Assembly: GCF_009914755.1 (NCBI RefSeq)
Contig: NC_060931.1
Source of the DNA: the human T2T-CHM13v2.0 reference genome, Homo sapiens
Length of the DNA stretch: 64,000 nt
Strand: one strand, 5' to 3'
The notes under the pieces were generated by a model that was not told the DNA's origin, did not search any database, and worked only from the letters and a program-made list of their open reading frames with translations. Positions 27,101-38,800 of this stretch are shown here, in pieces; position 1 is the first letter of the stretch; every line of letters starts with the position of its first letter. The position numbers were made by a program, and so were the translations under genes.

Positions 27101-29666
27101 GAAAGGGAAATATCTTCAAATAAAAACTAGACAGAATCATCCTCAGAAAATTCTTTGTGATGTGTGCGTTCAACTCACATAGTTTAACCTTTCTTTTCAT
27201 AGAGCAGTTTGGAAACACTCTGTTGGTAATGTCTGCAAGTGGATATATGGACCGCTTTGAGGCCTTCGTTGGAAACGGGATTTCTTCATTTCATGCTAGA
27301 CAGAAGAATTCTCAGTAACTTCTTTGTGTTGTGTGTATTCAACTTACAGATTGGAACGTCCCTTTACACAGAGCAGATTTGAAACACTCTTTTTGTGGAA
27401 TTTGCAAGTGGAGATTTCAAGCGATTTGATGCCAACAGTAGAAAAGGAAATATCTTCAAATAAAAACTAGACACAATCATTCTCAGAAAGTGCTTTGTGA
27501 TGTGTGCGTTCAACTCACAGTGTTTAACCTTTTTTTTCTTAGAGGAGTTTGGAAACACACTGTTTGTAAAGTCTGCAATTGGATATATGGACCTGTTTGA
27601 GGCCTTCGTTGGAAACGGGATTTCTTCATTGAATGCTAGACGGAAGAATTCTCAGTAAATTCTTTGTGTTGTGTGCATTCAACTCACAGAGTGGAACGTC
27701 CCTTTAGACAGAGCAGATTTGAAACACTCTTTTTGCGGAATTTGCAAGTGGAGATTTCTAGCCATTTGATGCCAACAGTAGAAAGGGAAATATCTTCAAA
27801 TAAAAACCAGACAGAATCATTCTCAGAAAATTCTTTGTGATGTGTGCGTTCAACTCACATAGTTTAACCTTTCTTTTCATAGAGCAGTTTGGAAACACTC
27901 TGTTTGTAAAGTCTGCAAGTGGATATATGGACCGCATTGAGGCCTTCGTTGGAAACGGGATTTCTTCATTTTATGCTAGACAGAAGAATTCTCAGTAACT
28001 TCTTTGTGCTGTGTGTATTCAACTCACAGAGTGGAACGTCCCTTTACACAGAGCGGATTTGAAACACTCTTTTTGTGGAATTTGCAAGTGGAGATTTCAA
28101 GCGATTTGATGCCAACAGAAGAAAAGGAAATATCTTCAAATAAAAACTAGACAGAATCATTCTCAGAAACTACTTTGTGATGTGTGCCTTAAACTCACAG
28201 AGTTTAACCTTTCTTTTCTTAGAGCAGTTTAGAAACACTCTGCTTGTTATGTCTGCAAGTGGATATTTGGACCTCTTTGAGGCCTTTGTTGCAAACGGGG
28301 TTTCTTCATTTAATGCTAGACTAAGAAGAGTTCTCAGTAACTTTTTTGTGTTGTGTGTATTCAACTCACAGAGTTGAACCTTGCTTTAGAGAGAGCAGAT
28401 TTGAAACACTCTTGCTGTGGCATTTTCAGGTGGAGATTTCAAGCGATTTGAGGACAATTGCAGAAAAGGAAATATCTTCGTATAATAACCAGACAGAATC
28501 ATTCTCAGAAAGTGCTTTGTGATGTGTGCGTTCAACTCACAGAGTTTAACCTTTCTTTTCATAGAGGAGTTTGGAAACACACTGTTTGTAAAGTCTGCAA
28601 GTGGATATATGGACCTGTTTGAGGCCTTCGTTGGAAACGGGATTTTATCATATAATGCTAGACGGAAGAATTCTCAGTAAATTCTTTGTGTTGTGTGCAT
28701 TCAACTCACAGAGTGGAACGTCCCTTTAGACAGAGCAGATTTGAAACACTCTTTTTGCGGAATTTGCAAGTGGAGATTTCTAGCCATTTGATGCCAACAG
28801 TAGAAAGGGAAATATCTTCAAATAAAAACCAGACAGAATCATTCTCAGAAAATTCTTTGTGATGTGTGCGTTCAACTCACATAGTTTAACCTTTCTTTTC
28901 ATAGAGCAGTTTGGAAACACTCTGTTGGTAAAGTCTGCAAGTGGATATATGGACCGCATTGAGGCCTTCATTGGAAACGGGATTTCTTCATTTCATGCTA
29001 GACAGAAGAATTCTCAGTAACTTCTTTGTGCTGTGTGTATTCAACTCACAGAGTGGAACGTCCCTTTACACAGAGCAGATTTGAAACACTCTTTTTGTGG
29101 AATTTGCAAGTGGAGATTTCAAGCAATTTCTTGCCAACAGTAGAAAAGGAAATATCTTCAAATAAAAACTAGACAGAATCATTCTCAGAAACTACTTTGT
29201 GATGTGTGCCTTCAACTCACAGAGTTTAACCTTTCTTTTCTTAGAGCAGTTTAGAAACACTCTGCTTGTTATGTCTGCAAGTGGATATTTGGACCTCTTT
29301 GAGGCCTTCGTTGCAAACGGGGTTTCTTCCTTTAATGCTAGACTAAGAAGAGTTCTCAGTAACTTTTTTGTGTTGTGTGTATTCAACTCACAGAGGTGAA
29401 CCTTGCTTTAGAGAGAGCAGATTTGAAACACTCTTGCTGTGGCATTTTCAGGTGGAGATTTCAAGCGATTTGAGGACAATTGCAGAAAAGGAAATATCTT
29501 CGTATAATAACCAGACAGAATCATTCTCAGAAAGTGCTTTGTGATGTGTGCGTTCAACTCACAGAGTTTAACCTTTCTTTTCATAGAGGAGTTTGGAAAC
29601 ACACTGTTTGTAAAGTCTGCAAGTGGATATATGGACCTGTTTGAGGCCTTCGTTGGAAACGGGATT
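24172..29666 (+). repeat. Near-perfect tandem duplication of a 2,726-bp (10-mer + 6-mer) block
   Basis: Private variants recur at +2726: 2-bp insertion cagagtgtggaac (~24283/27009), cttttttttcttagagg, cattttatg, agagcggat, gccttaaac, gcaatttcttgcc, cagaggtgaac. ORF-track pairs 24638/27364, 25451/28177, 26054/28780, 26473/29199. Confidence 0.93.
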
Positions 29667-29899
29667 TTATCATATAATGCTAGACGGAAGAATTCTCAGT
29701 AAATTCTTTGTGTTGTGTGCATTCAACTCACAGAGTGGAACGTCCCTTTAGACAGAGCAGATTTGAAACACTCTTTTTGCGGAATTTGCAAGTGGAGATT
29801 TCTAGCCATTTGATGCCAACAGTAGAAAGGGAAATATCTTCAAATAAAAACTAGACAGAATCATCCTCAGAAAATTCTTTGTGATGTGTGCGTTCAACT

Positions 29900-32800
29900 C
29901 ACATAGTTTAACCTTTCTTTTCATAGAGCAGTTTGGAAACACTCTGTTGGTAATGTCTGCAAGTGGATACATAGACCGCATTGAAGCCTTCGTTGGAAAC
30001 GGGATTTCTTCATTTCATGCTAGACAGAAGAATTCTCAGTAACTTCTTTGTGTTGTGTGTATTCAACTCACAAATTGGAACGGACCTTTACACAGAGCAG
30101 ATTTGAAGCACTCTTTTTGTGGAATTTGCAAGTGGAGATTTCAAGCGATTTGATGCCAACAGTAGAAAAGGAAATATCTTCAAATAAAAACTAGACAGAA
30201 TCATTCTGAGAAAGTGCTTTGTGATGTGTGCGTTCAGCTCACATAGTTTAACCTTTCTTTCAATAGAGCAGTTTCGAAACACAATGTTTGTAAAATCTAC
30301 AAGTGGATATATGGACCGCTATGAGGCATTCGTAGGAAACGGGATTTCTTCATTTCATGCTAGACAGAAGAATTCTCAGTAAATTCTTTGTGTTGTGTGC
30401 ATTCAACTCACAGAGTGGAACGTCGCTTTACACAGAGCAGATTTGAAACACTCTTTTTGCGGAATTTGCAAGTGGAGATTTCTAGCCATTTGATGCCAAC
30501 GGTAGAAAGGGAAATATCTTCAAATAAAAACTAGACAGAATCATTCTCAGAAAATTCTTTGTGATGTGTGCGTTCAACTCACATAGTTTAACCTTTCTTT
30601 TCATAGAGCAGTTTGGAAACACTCTGTTTGTAAAGTCTGCAAGTGGATATATGGACCGCATTGAGGCCTTCGTTGGAAACGGGATTTCTTCATTTCATGC
30701 TAGACAGAAGAATTCTCAGTAACTTCTTTGTGTTGTGTGTATTCAACTCACAGAGTGGAACGTCCCTTTACACAGAGCAGATTTGAAACACTCTTTTTGT
30801 GGAATTTGCAAGTGGAGATTTCAAGCGATTTGATGCCAACAGTAGAACAGGAAATATCTTTAAATAAAAACCAGACAGAATCATTCTCAGAAACTACTTT
30901 GTGATGTGTGCCTTCAACTCACAGAGTTTAACCTTTCTTTTCTTAGAGCAGTTTAGAAACACTCTGCTTCTTATATCTGCAAGTGGATATTTGGACCTCT
31001 TTGACGCCTTCGTTGCAAACGGGGTTTCTTCCTTTCATGCTAGACTAAGAAGAGTTCTCAGTAACTTTTTTGTGTTGTGTGTATTCAACTCACAGAGTTG
31101 AACCTTGCTTTAGAGAGAGCAGATTTGAAACACTCTGGCTGTGGCATTTTCAGGTGGAGATTTCAAGCGATTTGAGGACAATTGCAGAAAAGGAAATATC
31201 TTCGTATAATAACCAGACAGAATCATACTCAGAAAGTGCTTTGTGATGTGTGCGTTCAACTCAGAGAGTATAACCTTTCTTTTCATAGAGGAGTTTGGAA
31301 ACACACTGTTTGTAAAGTCTGCAATTGGATATATGGACCGCTTTGAGGCATTCGTTGGGAACGGGATTTCTTCATTGAATGCTAGACAGAAGAATTCTCA
31401 GTAAATCCTTTGTGTTGTGTTCATTCAACTCACCGAGTGGAACGTCCCTTTAGACAGAGCAGATTTGAAACACTCTTTTTGCGAAATTTGGAAGTGGAGA
31501 TTTCAAGCCATTTGATGCCAACAGTAGAAAGGGAAATATCTTCAAATAAAAACTAGACAGAATCATTCTCAGAAAATTCTTTGTGATGTGTGCGTTCAAC
31601 TCACGTAGTTTAACCTTTCTTTTCATAGAGCAGTTTGGAAACACACTGTTTGTAAAGTCTGCAATTGGGTATATGGACCTGTTTGAGGCCTTCGTTGGAA
31701 AGGGGATTTTATCATATAATGCTAGCGGAAGAATTCTCAGTAACTTCTTTGTGTTGTGTGTATTCAACTCACAGAGTGGAACGTCCCTTTAGACAGAGCA
31801 GATTTGAAACACTCTTTTTGTGGAATTTCAAGTGGAGATTTCAAGCGATTTGATGCCAGCAGTAGAAAAGGAAATATCTTCAAATAAAAAGTAGACAGAA
31901 TCATTCTCAGAAACTACTTTGTGATGTGTGCCTTCAACTCACAGAGTTTAACCTTTCTTTTCTTAGAGCAGTTTAGAAACACTCTGCTTGTTATGTCTGC
32001 AAGTGGATATTTGGACCTCTTTGAGGCCTTCGTTGCAAACGGGATTTCTTCCTTTAATGCTAGACTAAGAAGAGTTCTCAGTAACTTTTTTGTGTTGTGT
32101 GTATTCAAATCACAGAGTTGAACCTTGCTTTAGAGAGAGCAGACTTGAAACACTCTTGCTGTGGCATTTTCAGGTGGAGATTTCAAGCGATTTGAGGACA
32201 ATTGCAGAAAAGGTAATATCTTCGTATAATAACCAGACAGAATCATTCTCAGAAACTGCTTTGTGATGTGTGCGTTCAACTCACAGAGTTTAACCTTTCT
32301 TTTCATAGAGGAGTTTGGAAACACACTGTTTGTAAAGTCTGCAAGTGGATATATGGACCTGTTTGAGGCCTTCGTTGGAAACGGGATTTTATCATATAAT
32401 GCTAGACGGAAGAATTCTCAGTAAATTCTTTGTGTTGTGTGCATTCAACTCACAGAGTGGAACGTCCCTTTAGACAGAGCAGATTTGAAACACTCTTTTT
32501 GCGGAATTTGCAAGTGGAGATTCTACCCATTTGATGCCAACAGTAGAAAGGGAAATATCTTCAAATAAAAACTAGACAGAATCATTCTCAGAAAATTCCT
32601 TGTGATGTGCGCGTTCAACTCACATAGTTTAACCTTTCTTTTCATAGAGCAGTTTGGAAACACTCTGTTGGTAATGTCTGCAAGTGGATATATGGACCGC
32701 TTTGAGGCCTTCGTTGGAAACGGGCTTTCTTCATTTCATGCTAGACAGAAGAATTCTCAGTAACTTCTTTGTGTTGTGTGTATTCAACTCACAGATTGGA

Positions 32801-35800
32801 ACGTCGCTTTACACAGAGCAGATTTGAAACACTCTTTTTGTGGAATTTGCAAGTGGAGATTTCAAGCGATTTGATGCCAACAGTTGAAAAGGAAATATCT
32901 TCAAATAAAAACTAGACAGAATCATTCTCAGAAAATTCTTTGTGATGTGTGCGTTCAACTCACATAGTTTAACCTTTCTTTTCATAGAGCAGTTTGGAAA
33001 CACTCTGTTTGTAAAGTCTGCAAGTGGATATATGGACCGCATTGAGGCCTTCGTTGGAAACGGGATTTCTTCATTTCATGCTAGACAGAAGAATTCTCAG
33101 TAACTTCTTTGTGTTGTGTGTATTCAACTCACAGAGTGGAACGTCCCTTTACACAGAGCAGATTTGAAACACTCTTTTTGTGGAATTTGCAAGTGGAGAT
33201 TTCAAGCGATTTGATGCCAACAGTAGAACAGGAAATATCTTTAAATAAAAACCAGACAGAATCATTCTCAGAAACTACTTTGTGATGTGTGCCTTCAACT
33301 CACAGAGTTTAACCTTTCTTTTCTTAGAGCAGTTTAGAAACACTCTGCTTCTTATATCTGCAAGTGGATATTTGGACCTCTTTGAGGCCTTCGTTGCAAA
33401 CGGGGTTTCTTCCTTTAATGCTAGACTAAGAAGAGTTCTCAGTAACTTTTTTGTGTTGTGTGTATTCAACTCACAGAGTTGAACCTTGCTTTAGAGAGAG
33501 CAGATTTGAAACACTCTGGCTGTGGCATTTTCAGGTGGAGATTTCAAGCGATTTGAGGACAATTGCAGAAAAGGAAATATCTTCGTATAATAACCAGACA
33601 GAATCATACTCAGAAAGTGCTTTGTGATGTGTGCGTTCAACTCAGAGAGTTTAACCTTTCTTTTCATAGAGGAGTTTGGAAACACACTGTTTGTAAAGTC
33701 TGCAATTGGATATATGGACCGCTTTGAGGCATTCGTTGGGAACGGGATTTCTTCATTGAATGCTAGACAGAAGAATTCTCAGTAAATCCTTTGTGTTGTG
33801 TTCATTCAACTCACCGAGTGGAACGTCCCTTTAGACAGAGCAGATTTGAAACACTCTTTTTGCGAAATTTGGAAGTGGAGATTTCAAGCCATTTGATGCC
33901 AACAGTAGAAAGGGAAATATCTTCAAATAAAAACTAGACAGAATCATTCTCAGAAAATTCTTTGTGATGTGTGCGTTCAACTCACGTAGTTTAACCTTTC
34001 TTTTCATAGAGCAGTTTGGAAACACACTGTTTGTAAAGTCTGCAATTGGGTATATGGACCTGTTTGAGGCCTTCGTTGGAAAGGGGATTTTATCATATAA
34101 TGCTAGCGGAAGAATTCTCAGTAACTTCTTTGTGTTGTGTGTATTCAACTCACAGAGTGGATCGTCCCTTTAGACAGAGCAGATTTGAAACACTCTTTTT
34201 GTGGAATTTCAAGTGGAGATTTCAAGCGATTTGATGCCAGCAGTAGAAAAGGAAATATCTTCAAATAAAAAGTAGACAGAATCATTCTCAGAAACTACTT
34301 TGTGATGTGTGCCTTCAACTCACAGAGTTTAACCTTTCTTTTCTTAGAGCAGTTTAGAAACACTCTGCTTGTTATGTCTGCAAGTGGATATTTGGACCTC
34401 TTTGAGGCCTTCGTTGCAAACGGGATTTCTTCCTTTAATGCTAGACTAAGAAGAGTTCTCAGTAACTTTTTTGTGTTGTGTGTATTCAACTCACAGAGTT
34501 GAACGTTGCTTAAGAGAGAGCAGATTTGTAACACTCTTGCTGTGGAATTTTCAGGTGGAGATTTCAAGCGATTTGAGGACAATTGCAGAAAAGGAAATAT
34601 CTTCGTATAATAACCAGACAGAATCATTCTCAGAAAGTGCTTTGTGATGTGTGCGTTCAACTCACAGAGTTTAACCTTTCTTTTCATAGAGGAGTTTGGA
34701 AAAACAATGTTTGTAAAGTCTGCAAGTGGATATATGGACCTGTTTGAGGCCTTCGTTGGAAACGGGATTTCTTCATTGAATGCTAGACAGAAGGATTCTC
34801 AGTAAATTCTTTGTGTTGTATGCATTCAACCCACAGAGTGGAACGTCCCTTTAGATAGAGCAGATTTGAAGCACTCTTTTTGGGGAATTTGCAAGTGGAG
34901 ATTTCAAGCGATTTGATGCCAACAGTAGAAAGGGAAATATCTGCAAATAAAAACTAGGCAGAATCATTCTCAGAAAGTGCTTTGTGATGTGTGCGTTCAA
35001 CTCACATAGTTTAACCTTTCTTTTCATAAAGGAGTTTGGAAACACACTGTTTGTAAAGTCTGCCAGTGGATATATGTACCTGTTTGAGGCCTTCGTTGGA
35101 AAGGGGATTTTATCATATAATGCTAGACGGAAGAATTCTCAGTAAATTCTTTGTGTTGTGTGCATTCAACTCACAGAGTGGAACGTCCCTTTAGACAGAG
35201 CAGATTTGAAACACTCTTTTTGCGGAATTTGCAAGTGGAGATTTCTAGCCATTTGATGCCAACAGTAGAAAGGAAAATATCTTCAAATAAAAACCAGACA
35301 GAATCATTCTCAGAAAATTCTTTGTGATGTGTGCGTTCAACTCACATAGTTTAACCTTTCTTTTCATAGAGCAGTTTGGAAACACTCTGTTTGTAAAGTC
35401 TGCAAGTGGATATATGGACCGCATTGAGGCCTTCTTTGGAAACGGGATTTCTTCATTTCATGCTAGGCAGAAGAATTCTCAGTAACTTCTTTGTGCTGTG
35501 TGTATTCAACTCACCGAGTGGAACGTCCCTTTCGACAGAGCAGATTTGAAACACTCTTTTTGCGGAATTTGCAAGTGGAGATTTCAAGCCATTTGATGCC
35601 AACAGTAGAAAGGGAAATATCTTCAAATAAAAACTAGACAGAATCATTCTCAGAAAATTCTTTGTGATGTGTGCCTTCAACTCACAGTGTTTAACCTTTC
35701 TTTTCCTAGAGCAGTTTAGAAACGCTCTGCTTGTTATGTCTCCAAGTGGATATTTGAACCTCTTTGAGGCCTTCGTTGCAAACGGGATTTCTTCCTTTAA

Positions 35801-38800
35801 TGCTAGACTAAGAAGAGTTCTCAGTAACTTTTTTGTGTTGTGTGTATTCAACTCACAGAGTTGAACCTTGCTTTAGAGAGAGCAGATTTGAAACACTCTG
35901 GCTGTGGCATTTTCAGGTGGAGATTTCAAGCGATTTGAGGACAATTGCAGAAAAGGAAATATCTTCCTATAATAACCAGACAGAATCATTCTCCGAAAGT
36001 GCTTTGTGATGTGTGTGTTCAACTCACAGAGTTTAACCTTTCTTTTCATAGAGGAGTTTGGAAACACACTGTTTGTAAAGTCTGCAAGTGGATATATGGA
36101 CCTGTTTGAGGCCTTCTTTGGAAACGGGATTTTATCATATAATGCTAAACGGAAGAATTCTCAGTAAATTCTTTGTGTTGTGTGCATTCAACTCACAGAG
36201 TGGAACGTCCCTTTACACAGAGCAGATTTGAAACACTCTTTTTGCGGAATTTGCAAGTGGAGATTTCAAGGCATTGGATGCCAACAGTAGAAAAGGAAAT
36301 ATCTTCAAATAAAAACTAGACAGAATCATTCTCAGAAAATTCTTTGTGATGTGTGCGTTCAACTCACATAGTTTAACCTTTCTTTTCATAGAGCAGCTTG
36401 GAAACACTCTGTTTGTAAAGTCTGCAAGTAGATATATGGACCGCTTTGAGGCCTTCGTTGGAAACGAAATTTCTTCATTTCATGCTAGACAGAAGAATTC
36501 TCAGTAACTTCTTTGTGTTGTGTGTATTCAACTCACAGAGTTGAACCTTGTTTAGAGAGAGCAGATTTGAAACACTCTTGCTGTGGAATTTTCAGATGGA
36601 GATTTCAAGCGATTTGAGGACAATTGCAGAAAAGGAAATATCTTCGTATAAAAACCAGACAGAATCATTCTGTGAAAGTGCTTTGTGATGTGTGCGTTCA
36701 ACTCACAGAGTTTTACCCTTCTTTTCATTGAGCAGTTTGGAAACACACTGTTTGCAAAATCTGCGAGTGGATATTTGGACCTCTTTGAGGCCTTCATTGC
36801 AAATGGGATTTTTTCATATAATGTTAGACGGAAGAATTCCCAGTAAATTATTTGTGTTCTGTGGATTCAACTCACAGAGTGGAACGTCCCTTTAGACAGA
36901 GCAGATTTGAAACACTCTTTTTGCGGAATTTGCAAGTGGAGATTTCAAGCAATTTGATGCCAACAGTAGAAAGGGAAATATCTTCAAATAAAAACTATAC
37001 AGAATCATTCTCAGAAAATTCGTTGTGATGTGTGCGATCAACTCACATAGCTTAACCTCTCTTTTCATAGAGCAGTTTGGAAACACACTGTTTGTAAAAT
37101 CTGCGAGTGGATATATGGACCGCTTTGAGGCATTCGTTGGAAAGTGGATTTCTTCATTTAATGCTAGACAGAAGAATTCTCAGTAAATTCTTGGTGTTGT
37201 GTGCATTCAACTCACAGAGTGGAACGTCCCTTTGGACAGAGCAGATTTGAAACACTTTTTGCGGAATTTGCAAGTGGAGATTTCAAGCCATTTGATGCCA
37301 ACAGTAGAAAGGGAAATATCTTCAAATAAAAACGAGACAGAATCATTCTCAGAAAATTCTTTGTGATGTGTGCGTTCAACTCTCATAGTTTAACCTTTCT
37401 TTTCATAGAGCAGTTTGGAAACACTCTGTTTGTAAAGTCTGCAAGTGGATATATGGACCGCATTCAGGCCTTCGTTGGAAACGGGATTTCTTCATTTCAT
37501 GCTAGACAGAAGAATTCTCAGTAACTTCTTTGTGCTGTGTGTATTCAACTCACAGAGTGGAACGTCCCTTTACACAGAGCAGATTTGAAACACTCTTCTT
37601 GTGGAATTTGCATGTGGAGATTTCAAGCGATTTGATGCCAACAGTAGAAATGTAAATATCTTCAAATAAAAACTAGACAGAATAATTCTCAGAAACTTCT
37701 TTGTGAAGTGTGCCTTCAACTCACAGATTTTAACCTTACTTTTCTTAGAGCAGTTTAGAAACACTCTGCTTGTTATGTCTGCAAGTGGATATTTGGACCT
37801 CTTTGAGGCCTTCGTTACAAACGGGGTTTCTCCATTTAATGCTAGACTAAGAAGAGTTCTCAGTAACTTTTTTGTGTTGTGTTTATTCAACTCACAGAGT
37901 TGAACCTTGCTTTAGAGAGAGCAGATTTGAAACACTCTTGCTGTGGAATTTTCAGGTGGAGATTTCAGGCGATTTGAGGACAATTGCAGAAAAGGAAATA
38001 TCTTCGTATAATAACCAGACAGAATCATTCTCAGAAAGTGCTTTGTGATGCTTGCGTTCAACTCACAGAGCTTAACCTTTCTGATCATAGAGCAGTTTGG
38101 AAACATACTGTTTGTAAAGTCTGCAAGTGGATATTTGGACCTGTTTGAGGCCTTCCTTGGAAAAGGGATTTTTTCATATAATGCTAGACGGAAGAATTCT
38201 CAGTAAACTCTTTGTGTTGCGTGCATTCAAATCACAGAGTGGAACGTCCCTTTAGAGAGAGCAGATTTGAAACACTCCTTTTGTGAATTTGGCAGGGGAG
38301 ATTTCAAGCGATTTGATGCCAACAGCAGAAAAGGAAATATCTTCAAATAAAAGCTAGACAGAATCATTCTCAGAAAATTCTTTGTGATGTGTGCGTTCAG
38401 CTCACATAGTTTAACCTCTCTTTTCATAGAGCAGTTTGGAAACACACTGTTGGTAAAATCTGCCAGTGGATATATGGACCGCTTTGAGGCATTCGTTGGA
38501 AACGGGATTTCTTCATTGAATGCTAGACCGAAGAATTCTCAGTAAATTCTTGGTGTTGTGTGCATTCAACTCACAGAGTGGAACGTCCCTTTAGACAGAG
38601 CAGATTTGAAACACTCTTTTTGCGGAATTTGCAAGTGGAGATTTCAAGCCATTTGATGCCAACAGTAGAAAGGGAAATATCTTCAAATAAAAACTAGACA
38701 GAATCATTCTCAGAAAATTCTTTGTGATGTGTGCGTTCAACTCACATAGTTTAACCTTTCTTTTCACAGAGCAGTTTGGAAACACTCTGTTTGTAAAATC

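Noticed and set aside
1-30000. Assignment to other 1.7-kb 10-mer arrays (D16Z2, D18Z2)
   Set aside because: The 10-mer here is a 6-mer plus a repeated tetramer, and 1,022-bp units are present. The monomers are SF1-type, which argues against SF2 D18Z2, and the marker sequences fit D7Z1. A database alignment would be decisive.
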